A DNA stretch of 64,000 nucleotides, from assembly GCA_965649225.1 (NCBI GenBank), contig CBFGJX010000001.1, positions 41,899-105,898 on the forward strand. The letters are read 5' to 3'. Both the position numbers and the translations under genes were made by a program. This document shows positions 38,228-47,718 of this stretch, in pieces. A model generated the notes under the pieces. The model made no database searches, was not told the origin of the DNA, and saw only the letters and a list, made by a program, of their open reading frames with translations. Position 1 is the first letter of the stretch. The number at the start of each line of letters is the position of its first letter. This DNA comes from a candidate division WOR-3 bacterium (lineage in GTDB: Bacteria; Hydrothermota; Tepidihabitantia; Tepidihabitantales; Tepidihabitantaceae).

Positions 38228-38557
38228 ATGGCCCAGCCCAGAAATGTCCGTACCCGACTGCGCGTTCAGTCCCATTCCGATGCCGAAAAAGCGCGAGCAC
38301 TGACAAACGACTCGTCCGCAACCACTCCCCGTGCAACCCGTGGTGAACAGCGCATCGAAAAGCGCTGCCCGAAATGTCGATCTTTCACTCTTTCCCGGCA
38401 TTATTTCACACACCGATGCGGTATGCCCGGCCCCATCCCACCCGGGGTATCCGTACCTGCTCCCGGCCGCTGCCCGACCTGTGGCAAGCCGATTGTCTTC
38501 TACCGGCTGTTCATCTGCCACAATTGCTGCTATGTGCTAGCACAGACTATGACATAG
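38228..38557 (+). CDS. Small zinc-ribbon protein (109 aa)
   Basis: GGAGG RBS; CPKC...HRC, CPTC...CHNCC. Confidence 0.65.
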   Translation: MAQPRNVRTRLRVQSHSDAEKARALTNDSSATTPRATRGEQRIEKRCPKCRSFTLSRHYFTHRCGMPGPIPPGVSVPAPGRCPTCGKPIVFYRLFICHNCCYVLAQTMT

Positions 38558-38605
38558 CACAAATCGGGGCTCGCAAGCGAAAGGTCTTGCTCTGGCGCCG
38601 CAGTC

Positions 38606-38633
38606 TTGACAGCTGCGGCTGCGGCAATATACT
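38606..38633 (+). promoter_or_regulatory. sigma70-type promoter of acs (TTGACA-N16-TATACT)
   Basis: Near-consensus hexamers about 120 nt upstream of the acs start. Confidence 0.65.
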
Positions 38634-38756
38634 AGCCATCCGGCTGGGCAAAGCCGCTCTCAGCTGACTACCGCACGGCCGGAATCGCACGTAGACAATT
38701 GATGCCGCAGCCGCGGCGAAAGAGTTTGCCAGCGCCCGTCAAAAGGAGGACTACAG

Positions 38757-40658
38757 ATGGCAGAAGAGAAATTCTTCCCGCCCAAAGACTTGGTCGAGAA
38801 CGCCAACATCACGGCATTCATGAAAAGGCATGGGATTGCCGATCTCCACGCGCTTCTGAAGCGAGCGGAGGACCACGACTGGTACTGGGGTGAAGTCGCC
38901 AAGGAGCTTGAATGGTACAAGCCTTTTGATAAGGTGCTCGACGACTCCAATGCCCCGTTTTTCAAATGGTTCACCGGCGGGAGCTTCAACATCGTCCACA
39001 ACTGCCTCGACCGGCACATGAAGACCGATGTCAAAGACCGGGTCGCTTTCATTTACGAGCCTGAACCCACTGACCAGAAGATTGAACGTTGGACCTACGC
39101 GATGCTGTACCGGGAAGTGAACAAGCTCGCCAATGCGATGAAGAAACTCGGCATCAAGAAGGGCGACCGGGTCACAATCTTTATGCCCATGATTCCACAG
39201 TTGCCGGTGGCGATGCTCGCCTGTGCCAAGCTCGGCGCCATCCACTCGGTGGTATTCTCAGGATTCTCTTCTACTTCGCTGCGCGACCGTATCAATGACG
39301 CCGAGGCCAAACTGCTCATCACCAGCGACGGCGGTTACCGGCGCGGCAAGATTGTCACGCTGAAGGCCAACGCCGATCCCGGTATTGCCGACTGCCCGTC
39401 CCTCCAGCATGTCATCGTCTTCAAGCGGGCCGGCAACCCGGTCGAGATGAAACCGGGTCGCGACCTGTGGTGGCATGACATCACCGCCGGTGAGTCCGAG
39501 GAATGCCCGACCGAGCACCTCGACCCCGAAGACCCGCTCTACATCCTCTACACCTCTGGCACAACCGGCAAGCCCAAGGGCATCGTCCACGTCCACGGCG
39601 GCTACGCGGTCGGTACGTATTCAACCCTGAAGTTCGTATTCGACATCAAACCCAGCGACATCTACTGGTGTGCAGCTGACGTCGGCTGGGTAACCGGCCA
39701 CTCCTACATTGTCTATGCACCGCTGATGAACGGGGCCACGTCAATCCTCTATGAAGGCGCACCTGACTTTCCAGCACCGGACCGCTGGTGGTCAATTATC
39801 GCCCGGGAAAAGGTCACGATCCTCTACACTTCACCCACTGCGATCCGGATGTTCATGCGCTTCGGCGAGGAATTCCCGAAAAAGCACGACCTTTCCAGCC
39901 TCCGTTTACTCGGCTCGGTCGGCGAACCAATCAACCCCGAAGCCTGGCGCTGGTACCGTACGAACATCGGCGGTGACAAACTGCCGATCATGGACACTTG
40001 GTGGCAGACCGAGACGGGCAACTTTATGATTTCACCGCTGCCAATCACTCCGCTGAAACCCGGTTCGGCCACCCTGCCGCTTCCGGGCATCATGGCCGAT
40101 GTCGTCGACAATGAAGGCAAGCCGATCAAGCCGGGCGAAAATGGATTCGCGGTGCTGCTCAAACCTTGGCCCGCCATGCTGCGCACCCTCTACAAGGACC
40201 CCGAACGTTACAAGGAAGCTTACTGGTCGCGTTTTCCGGGCAAGTATCTTACCGGCGACTCCTGCTCCCGAGACGCAGAGGGGTATTTCTGGTTCCGCGG
40301 CCGCGCCGATGAGGTGCTCAACGTCGCCGGCCACCGGCTTGGCACAGCCGAGATTGAATCTGCACTTGTCGCTCACCCGGCTGTTGCTGAGGCGGCGGTC
40401 ATCGGTGTTCCCGACCCAATCAAGGGTGACGTACCCAAGGCTTACGTCACGCTCAAGGTCGGATTCGAGAAAACCGATGCACTCAAGGACGAGCTGAAAA
40501 AGTGGGTCTCGACCGAAATCGGCCCGATCGCCCGGCCGGAATCGATCGAGTTCCGTGACAAACTCCCCAAGACCCGTTCGGGCAAGATCATGCGCCGTCT
40601 GCTCAAGGCCGAGGCCCTAGGCAAGGAAGTCGGCGACATCTCGACGCTCGACGAATAA
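38757..40658 (+). CDS. acs: Acetyl-CoA synthetase (AMP-forming)
   Basis: [52 protein letters not shown]. Confidence 0.97.
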   Translation: MAEEKFFPPKDLVENANITAFMKRHGIADLHALLKRAEDHDWYWGEVAKELEWYKPFDKVLDDSNAPFFKWFTGGSFNIVHNCLDRHMKTDVKDRVAFIYEPEPTDQKIERWTYAMLYREVNKLANAMKKLGIKKGDRVTIFMPMIPQLPVAMLACAKLGAIHSVVFSGFSSTSLRDRINDAEAKLLITSDGGYRRGKIVTLKANADPGIADCPSLQHVIVFKRAGNPVEMKPGRDLWWHDITAGESEECPTEHLDPEDPLYILYTSGTTGKPKGIVHVHGGYAVGTYSTLKFVFDIKPSDIYWCAADVGWVTGHSYIVYAPLMNGATSILYEGAPDFPAPDRWWSIIAREKVTILYTSPTAIRMFMRFGEEFPKKHDLSSLRLLGSVGEPINPEAWRWYRTNIGGDKLPIMDTWWQTETGNFMISPLPITPLKPGSATLPLPGIMADVVDNEGKPIKPGENGFAVLLKPWPAMLRTLYKDPERYKEAYWSRFPGKYLTGDSCSRDAEGYFWFRGRADEVLNVAGHRLGTAEIESALVAHPAVAEAAVIGVPDPIKGDVPKAYVTLKVGFEKTDALKDELKKWVSTEIGPIARPESIEFRDKLPKTRSGKIMRRLLKAEALGKEVGDISTLDE

Positions 40659-40700
40659 GTGGCAGACGCGGAACCGCCCGCAGCCGAAGGCATCACTCAT

Positions 40701-40732
40701 GACAGGGGCACGCGCTCACGCGTGCCCCTGTC
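40701..40732 (+). terminator. 14-bp perfect hairpin after acs (no U-tract)
   Basis: GACAGGGGCACGCG-CTCA-CGCGTGCCCCTGTC. Confidence 0.55.
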
Positions 40733-40771
40733 GGCTGGCATGCAACTGCGTCGTCATCGAGGAGAACTTTC

Positions 40772-42043
40772 ATGACTGAAACCAAAACTTACAACCGCTG
40801 GCTGATAGTCGTTGGAGCATTGCTGGTACAAATCTGTCTTGGCGCCATCTACGCCTGGAGTGTATTCCGCAAACCGCTGGAGACCGAACTCAACATCACT
40901 CCGACACAGGCATCGCTGCCTTTCTCGGTCGTGTTGATTTCGTTTGCGCTGGCGACCGTTGTCGGCGGCCGCCTGCAGGACAGGCTCGGACCGAAGATCG
41001 TCGCCATCATCGGTGGCATCCTCTTGGCGACCGGAATGATTCTGGCCAGCTTCGCCCGTGGTATCGGTCTGCTTGTTATCAGCTACGGCATCGTCTCCGG
41101 CATTGGTATCGGCTTTGCCTACGTCTGCCCGATCGCTGCCGGGGTCAAATGGTTCCCGGACAAGCGCGGACTCATCACCGGCCTTGCCGTTGCCGGCTTT
41201 GGGGCGGGTGCCTTTTTTGCCGCCCCGCTCGCTCAGGGCTTGATATCGGGCACGCCCTACAAACTGATGGGTGCCGACCTGTTCAACCTACCGAAACTCG
41301 GCGTCTGGCAAACGTTCCTGTGGCTGGGCGTCGGCTATCTTGTCCTGGTCGTCCTGGGCGGCCTGCTTTTGCGCAACCCGCCTGCCGGGTACAAACCGGC
41401 CGGCTGGAATCCACCTCAGCCCCTGGCCGGCGCCGCTGCCAGGACTGACTACAGCTCGGCCCAGATGCTCGGCACTTGGCAGTTCTGGGTCATCTGGCTG
41501 ATGTATTTTGCCGGCTGCGCTGCCGGGCTGATGATGATCGGCCAAACCTCGCCGATTGCCCAGGAACTGGCCCGCTTCAACAGTGCCACTGCCGCTGTCG
41601 GCGTATCAGTACTGGCCATATTCAACACGCTCGGCCGCATCTTCTGGGGCCGGGTATCTGACTCTATCGGTCGCGCACGCACTCTGTTCCTGATGTATCT
41701 AATTAACGCCGCTGCCGTTTTCGGTTACTTTCTGATTCCTGCCGCACCGGTAATATTCTGGTTCGGCATCGCTCTGGTTGGAGCAACCTTCGGTGGCTAC
41801 CTCGCCATTTACCCCGCCATCAATGCCGACTACTACGGCACCCGCCATGCCGGGGTCAATTACGGCTTCATTTTCACCGCCTACGGCGTCGGCGGGCTGC
41901 TGTCCAACATCTTTGCTCCACGCGTGAAAGAGCTGACCGGCAGCTACAACTTTGCCTTCATTCTCACCGGCGTGCTCTGCATCGCCGCCGCCGCGGCAAG
42001 TTTCTTTCTCAGGGCACCAGAAGCCCGGAAGTCCGCGGCCTGA
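40772..42043 (+). CDS. OFA-family MFS transporter (oxalate/formate or monocarboxylate type)
   Basis: 12 TM segments; GAIYAWSVF, GRLQDRLGP, KWFPDKRGLITGLAVAGFGAG, YGTRHAGVNYG. Confidence 0.9.
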   Translation: MTETKTYNRWLIVVGALLVQICLGAIYAWSVFRKPLETELNITPTQASLPFSVVLISFALATVVGGRLQDRLGPKIVAIIGGILLATGMILASFARGIGLLVISYGIVSGIGIGFAYVCPIAAGVKWFPDKRGLITGLAVAGFGAGAFFAAPLAQGLISGTPYKLMGADLFNLPKLGVWQTFLWLGVGYLVLVVLGGLLLRNPPAGYKPAGWNPPQPLAGAAARTDYSSAQMLGTWQFWVIWLMYFAGCAAGLMMIGQTSPIAQELARFNSATAAVGVSVLAIFNTLGRIFWGRVSDSIGRARTLFLMYLINAAAVFGYFLIPAAPVIFWFGIALVGATFGGYLAIYPAINADYYGTRHAGVNYGFIFTAYGVGGLLSNIFAPRVKELTGSYNFAFILTGVLCIAAAAASFFLRAPEARKSAA

Positions 42044-42065
42044 CACAAAGAACCAAGGAGTAACC

Positions 42066-43418
42066 GTGAAGAAACTCTCACCGGCCGAAATCGAACAGCT
42101 CGTCGCCAAGGCCAAAAAGCCGGCGGCCGACGCGATGAAGCTCCACCCGTTCTACAAGGGCAAGTACCAGACCGTACCCAAATGTTGTATCCGCGACTTC
42201 AACGACTTTGCCATCTGGTATACCCCGGGTGTCGCTGCGCCCTGCAAGGACATTCAGGCCAATCCCGAAATGTCCTTCGTCCACACCAATCGTGCCAACA
42301 CCATCTGCGTACTCACCGACGGAACCCGTGTACTGGGTCTTGGCGACATCGGCCCCGAAGCCTCGATGCCAGTCATGGAAGGTAAGGCCCTGCTCTTCAA
42401 GTACCTCGGTGGTGTCGACTGCGTGCCCATCGCACTGCGCACCAAGGACCCGGACGAATTCATCCGTACCGCCAAGCTGCTCGAACCATCATTCGGCGGC
42501 TTCAACCTCGAAGACATCGCCCAGCCGAAGTGCTTCCGCATCCTCGACACACTCCGCGCCGAAATGAACGTACCGGTCTGGCACGACGACCAGCAGGGTA
42601 CCGCCGCGGTAACCTACGCCGGCCTGGTCAATGCGCTCAAGTTCGTCGGCAAGGACATCGCCAAAGTGAAGGTCGTCTTCCTTGGTGCCGGCGCCTCAAA
42701 CATTGCCATTGCCCGCGTCTGCATCAAGGGTGGAGTCACTGCCGAAAACTGCATCATGTGTGACTCAAAGGGCACACTCCACCGGGGACGTACCGAACTG
42801 CAGCACGAATTCAAAGAGAAGTGGCACATGGCCCAGATTTCCAACAAGTGGGACATCCGCGGCACCATCGCTGACGCCATCAAGGATGCCGACGTGCTCA
42901 TCGCCCTTTCCACCCCCGGCCCCGGGGTCGTCAAACCGGAGTGGATCAGTTCAATGGCCAAAGATGCAGTCGTGTTCGTCTGCGCGAACCCGATACCGGA
43001 AATCTGGCCCTGGGAAGCACTTGAAGCTGGCGCTGCGGTCGTTGCCACCGGCCGTAGCGATTTCCCCAATCAGGTCAACAACTCGCTCGGGTTTCCCGGT
43101 ATCTTTCGCGGAGCGCTTGACGTCAACGCCCGGACCATCACTGATGAGATGTGCATCGCTGCCGCACTGGAACTCGCCAAAGTCGCTGAAGACCGTGGCC
43201 TGCGGCAGGACTACCTCGTGCCGACCATGGACGACTGGGAAGTCTTCCCGCGCGAAGCGGTGGCGGTCGGGATGAAGGCAATCGAGCAGGGCGTCGCCCG
43301 GATCAAGCTCACCCGTGATGAACTGATGCAAAAGGCCACGGCGACGATCAAACAGGCACGTGAGCTGACCCAGTGGATGATGAAGGAAGGGTTCATCCCC
43401 GCCCCGCCCGCAGACTGA
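42066..43418 (+). CDS. NAD(P)-dependent malic enzyme
   Basis: YTPGVA, TDGTRVLGLGDIG, NLEDI, HDDQQGTA, GAGAS, NQVNNSLGFPG. GTG 42066 with AAGGAG RBS. Confidence 0.94.
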   Translation: MKKLSPAEIEQLVAKAKKPAADAMKLHPFYKGKYQTVPKCCIRDFNDFAIWYTPGVAAPCKDIQANPEMSFVHTNRANTICVLTDGTRVLGLGDIGPEASMPVMEGKALLFKYLGGVDCVPIALRTKDPDEFIRTAKLLEPSFGGFNLEDIAQPKCFRILDTLRAEMNVPVWHDDQQGTAAVTYAGLVNALKFVGKDIAKVKVVFLGAGASNIAIARVCIKGGVTAENCIMCDSKGTLHRGRTELQHEFKEKWHMAQISNKWDIRGTIADAIKDADVLIALSTPGPGVVKPEWISSMAKDAVVFVCANPIPEIWPWEALEAGAAVVATGRSDFPNQVNNSLGFPGIFRGALDVNARTITDEMCIAAALELAKVAEDRGLRQDYLVPTMDDWEVFPREAVAVGMKAIEQGVARIKLTRDELMQKATATIKQARELTQWMMKEGFIPAPPAD

Positions 43419-43435
43419 GCGAGTCCCGTATCACA

Positions 43436-43507
43436 GCGGGGCGGCATCTGCCGCCCCGCCTTGTCCGCTCCAAAGATGACCCGGCGCCCCACCGGGTGGG
43501 GCGCCGG
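43436..43507. terminator. Two GC-rich hairpins between convergent operons
   Basis: GCGGGGCGGCA-TC-TGCCGCCCCGC (43436-43459) and CCGGCGCCCCACC-G-GGTGGGGCGCCGG (43481-43507). Confidence 0.6.
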
Positions 43508-43537
43508 GAAAACCGGAAGGTACGACCCTGTTAGCTC

Positions 43538-44680
43538 TCAGCCCAGCAGGTTACGGGCAATAACGATCCGCTGCACCTCAGAAGTACCCTCATATATCTC
43601 CATACACTTGGCATCACGGTAATAGCGCTCAACCGGATAGTCCTTGGTATAGCCGTAGCCGCCGTAGATCTGGACAGCATCACGGGTAACCTCTACCGCC
43701 GTTTCAGCGGCAAAGAGCTTGCACATCGCCGACTCCTGGCTGAAGCGCGGCTTGCCCTGATCCTTCTGGTGTGCGGCGTAATACACCAGCATTCGTGACG
43801 CCAGAACGCGGGTAGCCATATTCGCCAGCTTGGCCTGAATCATCTCGAAATCGGCAATCGGACGCCCGAACTGCTTACGTTCCTTGGCGTAGGCGATGGC
43901 CTTATCCAGCGCCGACTGGGCAATGCCTACCGCCTGAGCGCCAATATCAATACGGGAAACATCGAGGGTACCCAAGGCCACCTTGAAGCCCTGGCCGACT
44001 TCGCCCAGCACATTGCTTTTCGGCACTCTGCAATCATCAAACATCAGCTCGCAGTTGGCGGTCGCTCGCAACCCAAGCAGGTCCTCGTGCTTGCCCAGAC
44101 TGAATCCCGGAAAGTCCCGCTCGACAATAAACGCAGTTATGCCGCGATGACCAGCCGCCGGGTCGGTCTTCGCAAAAACAATGAAAACGCCGGCAACGCC
44201 ACCGTTGGTAATGAACCGCTTGCATCCGTTCAGGACAAAATGGTCGCCCCTGTCAACTGCGGTTGTCTCCATCGCCGCCGGGTCGCTGCCGGCATTGGGC
44301 TCGGTCAAGCCGAACGCCCCCAGCAGCTCGCCCGAGGCCATGCGCGGTAGATACCGCTGTTTCTGCTCTTCAGTTCCCCAGTTCACGATCGGCCAGCATG
44401 CCAGCGAATTGTGGACCGCGGTTATGACCCCGGTTGAACCGCAGCCCCGGCTGATTTCCTCAACCGCAATCGCCAGCGAAAGAAAGTCAAAACCGGCACC
44501 ACCGTACTGCTCCGGCACCGTCATGCCCAGCATGCCCAGCTCGGCCATCTTCTTGATCGCCTCGTGCGGAAACTCACCCGAAGCATCGCGGGCGGCCGCC
44601 TGCGGCTCCAGCTCTTTCAGCGCAAACTCGCGGGCCATGTTGCGAATCATTATCTGGTCATTGGTATAACTGAGATCCAC
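43538..44680 (-). CDS. Acyl-CoA dehydrogenase (canonical, butyryl-CoA dehydrogenase-like)
   Basis: GLTEPNAGSD, ERKQFGRPI, QIYGGYGY, IYEGTSEVQ. Confidence 0.94.
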   Translation of the reverse strand: MDLSYTNDQIMIRNMAREFALKELEPQAAARDASGEFPHEAIKKMAELGMLGMTVPEQYGGAGFDFLSLAIAVEEISRGCGSTGVITAVHNSLACWPIVNWGTEEQKQRYLPRMASGELLGAFGLTEPNAGSDPAAMETTAVDRGDHFVLNGCKRFITNGGVAGVFIVFAKTDPAAGHRGITAFIVERDFPGFSLGKHEDLLGLRATANCELMFDDCRVPKSNVLGEVGQGFKVALGTLDVSRIDIGAQAVGIAQSALDKAIAYAKERKQFGRPIADFEMIQAKLANMATRVLASRMLVYYAAHQKDQGKPRFSQESAMCKLFAAETAVEVTRDAVQIYGGYGYTKDYPVERYYRDAKCMEIYEGTSEVQRIVIARNLLG

Positions 44681-44688
44681 TATTCCTC

Positions 44689-45819
44689 CTAAATCGAATT
44701 GGCGGCGTCTTTCAATACTTCCTTGGCAATAATCAGCCGCATTACTTCCGAGGTACCCTCGCCGATTTCACCCAGCTTGGCATCACGGTAGATGCGGCCG
44801 ACCGGAAAGTCGGCCGTGACGGCAAGCGGCCCGATGGTCCCGATCGCGGTACCAGCGGCCCAAACGGCAGTTTCCGAAGCAAACAGCTTGGCGAAAGCAC
44901 ACTCCTTGTCAGCCCGGATGCCGGCATCCTTCAACGCCGCCGCGTGATAAACCAGCTGCCGCGCCGCTTCAACCTGAGTGGCAACATCAGCGAGATTCTT
45001 CATCTCGCCCTGCGTCATCGAACGGTTACTGAACCAGCGGATCATCGTGTCCAGCGCACCCTGAGCCATCCCCAGACAGAACGCCCCGATTGAAATCCGA
45101 CCGCCGTCAAGGGTCTCCATGAAAATCCGGTAACCGTCGTACTCGCTGCCCAGCAGGTTTTCCGCCGGCACAAATACGTCCTCAAAAACAAGTTCGACCG
45201 TGTTTGACCCGCGCAGACCAAGCTTGTTTTCCTCAGCAGCGACCTTGAAACCAGGCGACGAGGTCTCGACGATAAAACAGGTAATCCCCTTCCGCCCGAG
45301 ACTGCGATCAAGTGTTGCCGCCACAATCACCGTTCCGGCGTAGGCTGCCGATGTGATGAAACGTTTCGTGCCGTTGATGACATACCCGCCGGGGACCTTT
45401 TTGGCTGTCGTTTCAATGGCGGCAGCATCAGAACCGGCATTAGGTTCGGTCAGACCGAATGCGCCGAGATAAACCCCGCGGGCGAGGCGGGGAATGTACT
45501 TCTCTTTCTGTTCCTTGGTACCGAATTTCTCGATCGGGTATGTGCCGAGCGAAGTGTGAGCAGCCAGCGTCAAACCGGTTGAACCGCAGACCCGCGACAC
45601 CTCCTCCACCGCCAGAGCGTAGGAAATGTAATCGAGACCGGCACCGCCCAGTTCCCGCGGCCAAGGTATACCCAGCCAGCCGCGGGCTGCCAGTGCCTCG
45701 ACATTTTTCTTGACGAACTCGCCGGTCGCATCACAGGCACAGGCCGACGGCTCAATCACATCCAGTGCCAGCCGGCGCACTTCCCGACGGAAACACTGCT
45801 GGGTCTCAGAAAGAATCAC
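44689..45819 (-). CDS. Acyl-CoA dehydrogenase family protein, divergent C-terminal domain
   Basis: GLTEPNAGSD and IGEGTSEV are present; the RxQFG loop and GGxG motif are absent. Confidence 0.88.
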   Translation of the reverse strand: MILSETQQCFRREVRRLALDVIEPSACACDATGEFVKKNVEALAARGWLGIPWPRELGGAGLDYISYALAVEEVSRVCGSTGLTLAAHTSLGTYPIEKFGTKEQKEKYIPRLARGVYLGAFGLTEPNAGSDAAAIETTAKKVPGGYVINGTKRFITSAAYAGTVIVAATLDRSLGRKGITCFIVETSSPGFKVAAEENKLGLRGSNTVELVFEDVFVPAENLLGSEYDGYRIFMETLDGGRISIGAFCLGMAQGALDTMIRWFSNRSMTQGEMKNLADVATQVEAARQLVYHAAALKDAGIRADKECAFAKLFASETAVWAAGTAIGTIGPLAVTADFPVGRIYRDAKLGEIGEGTSEVMRLIIAKEVLKDAANSI

Positions 45820-45828
45820 CGCATCCCC

Positions 45829-46593
45829 CTAGATATAGTAACGGTCGGGGTCGATTTGCTCACGCAGCAGCCTCAGTTCTTCTGCCGTCGGCTCAGGGTT
45901 GACGGCGACGTTGTCAGCCACCAGCAGCTCAAAACCGGTGCTGGCAAGAACCTTCTCAACCGAGACACCGGGATGGGTAGCAATCAACCGCATCCGTTTT
46001 GACTGCGGCTCAAAATCCATCAAAGCCAGATTGGTGACAACCCGGTAGGGGCCGGTATTCGGCGGCAGTCCGGCCGCCTCACGGGCGCCTGGACCGGACA
46101 GATAGCCCGGGGTCGTGATGAAATCGACCTTCGGAACAAAAGAACGCGGTTCGTGCTTGCGCATGATAACGATCGTCTTCCAGCAAAAAGAACCGACATC
46201 ATTTGCCCCGCCCGAACCGGGCAGCCGGACTTTCGGTGGCCAGTAAGGACCGATGACCGTGGTATTGAGATTGCCGTAGGCATCAATCTGGGCACCGCCC
46301 AGAAAACCGTACTCGACAAATCCGCGCGCCGCGGTTTCCATGATGTCGCAAATCCCCGAAGCGGCAACTGCCCGGTGAAACGTCCGCGAGTCGGCAACGC
46401 CCAGCGGCAGTCTTTCCAGCGAAGCACCAGTACCGCCGAACTCAAAAATCGAGACCAGATTCGGCGCATGGGTCCGCTTGGCCAGTGCCGCAGCCAGCAT
46501 CGGAATGCCGGTACCGACAAAGGCGGTGGTACCATCAGCCATCTGCTTGGCGGCCAGACAGATCAGAAACTCAGTCTCATTGTACGCTGCCAT
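45829..46593 (-). CDS. Family I CoA-transferase beta subunit (GctB-like)
   Basis: FVGTGIP, SIFEFG (catalytic Glu), GFLGGAQIDAYGNLN, RLPGSGGAND. Confidence 0.9.
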   Translation of the reverse strand: MAAYNETEFLICLAAKQMADGTTAFVGTGIPMLAAALAKRTHAPNLVSIFEFGGTGASLERLPLGVADSRTFHRAVAASGICDIMETAARGFVEYGFLGGAQIDAYGNLNTTVIGPYWPPKVRLPGSGGANDVGSFCWKTIVIMRKHEPRSFVPKVDFITTPGYLSGPGAREAAGLPPNTGPYRVVTNLALMDFEPQSKRMRLIATHPGVSVEKVLASTGFELLVADNVAVNPEPTAEELRLLREQIDPDRYYI

Positions 46594-47565
46594 CTAGCGA
46601 CCCCCGATTTCTGCTTCAAGCCGTGCCAGTCGCTCCCGACCGACCAGTTCGACATACTCGGCGTGATTCTTCACCCCATATACCCACTTGTCCAGATAAG
46701 CCTGCGTTTTGGCCGGGTCGGCCGAATCACGCAGGAAAGACTGCAGATGCTCGCCGTCGCGCCAGTAGCGATAGCACATCTCTCCGGGGTGGGAGCCATA
46801 CTTTGCCTCCACGACCGCATCGACGAGGTAATAGGGAATCACGGTCTTTTCTGGTTCGCGCCGGATCACTTCGGTCGGCACGATTTCTTCGGTCGAGACG
46901 ATCAGTTTCCGACAGGCGCGCGCCATCTCGAAAACAAATCCCGACACACCCTCGACCTGACAGTTGCCGTAGCAATCGGCCTTGTGGACATGAATCAAGC
47001 CGACATCAAGGAACAGTGCCGGCACCAGACAGACCGGCCGGCCGGTAAACGGGTCCTTCACTACCACCGCGCCCGAGTACCTGAATGTATCGGTCCCCAG
47101 CATCGACCGAATCGGTAAAAATGGCACCCCCATCGCGGCGGCCTTGAAGCGCCAGGTGATTCCACCGTTGGACCAGTCGGTCGTCTTCACCCGGCCCGAC
47201 TCTACTGCCCGGCGCAGGCATGAGGAAATGCCATAGACCTCCCAGGCGACATAGGTCACATCCAGCGCGTCAACCAGATCAGCGGCCAGCAGCAGGTCGA
47301 TATCGTGCACGCCCTGGCCGGCCACCCGTAGGTGCTTCTTTCCCTGCCGGATGACCTCGCGCACCAGCGACATCGGTGCGCGGACAGTACCATAAAGCTC
47401 GGTGCCGAGATAGTCGCCGTCGGCGACAAACCGGCTTACCGCCTCGGCTTCGGTCATTACCTTGTCAACCATCCGGGTGTTCTTCTTCGTATGCACCCAG
47501 TCGCGGAAAGCATCCGGATCGGGCGGCTGAAACAGCTCACCCAGACCTCTGTCAACAATATCCAT
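46594..47565 (-). CDS. Family I CoA-transferase alpha subunit (GctA-like)
   Basis: RAPMSLVREVIRQ, DVGLIHVHKAD.YGN, IPYYLVDAVVE. GGAGG RBS. Confidence 0.9.
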   Translation of the reverse strand: MDIVDRGLGELFQPPDPDAFRDWVHTKKNTRMVDKVMTEAEAVSRFVADGDYLGTELYGTVRAPMSLVREVIRQGKKHLRVAGQGVHDIDLLLAADLVDALDVTYVAWEVYGISSCLRRAVESGRVKTTDWSNGGITWRFKAAAMGVPFLPIRSMLGTDTFRYSGAVVVKDPFTGRPVCLVPALFLDVGLIHVHKADCYGNCQVEGVSGFVFEMARACRKLIVSTEEIVPTEVIRREPEKTVIPYYLVDAVVEAKYGSHPGEMCYRYWRDGEHLQSFLRDSADPAKTQAYLDKWVYGVKNHAEYVELVGRERLARLEAEIGGR

Positions 47566-47621
47566 GATTACTGCCTCCTCGGGCGGAATCGACGATGGCG
47601 GCTTCTCTCCGCCAGTTGGGA

Positions 47622-47650
47622 ATACTAATCTGCACCCCCTGCGAAGTCAA
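47622..47650 (-). promoter_or_regulatory. sigma70-type promoter of the CoA-transferase/ACAD operon (TTGACT-N17-TAGTAT)
   Basis: Read directly on the minus strand about 55 nt upstream of ATG 47565. Confidence 0.6.
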
Positions 47651-47718
47651 TTGCGGACAGGGCGACGAGCGCTGGTGTTCTCGGCATTGACAAACCTGCC
47701 GGGCGAACAACAATCCTG

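Noticed and set aside
38634-38756. c-di-GMP-I riboswitch in the acs leader
   Set aside because: Only a GGGCAAAGCC-like fragment is present; the second stem and conserved core could not be built.
38660-39596. Antisense ORFs over acs
   Set aside because: Typical shadow ORFs of acs.
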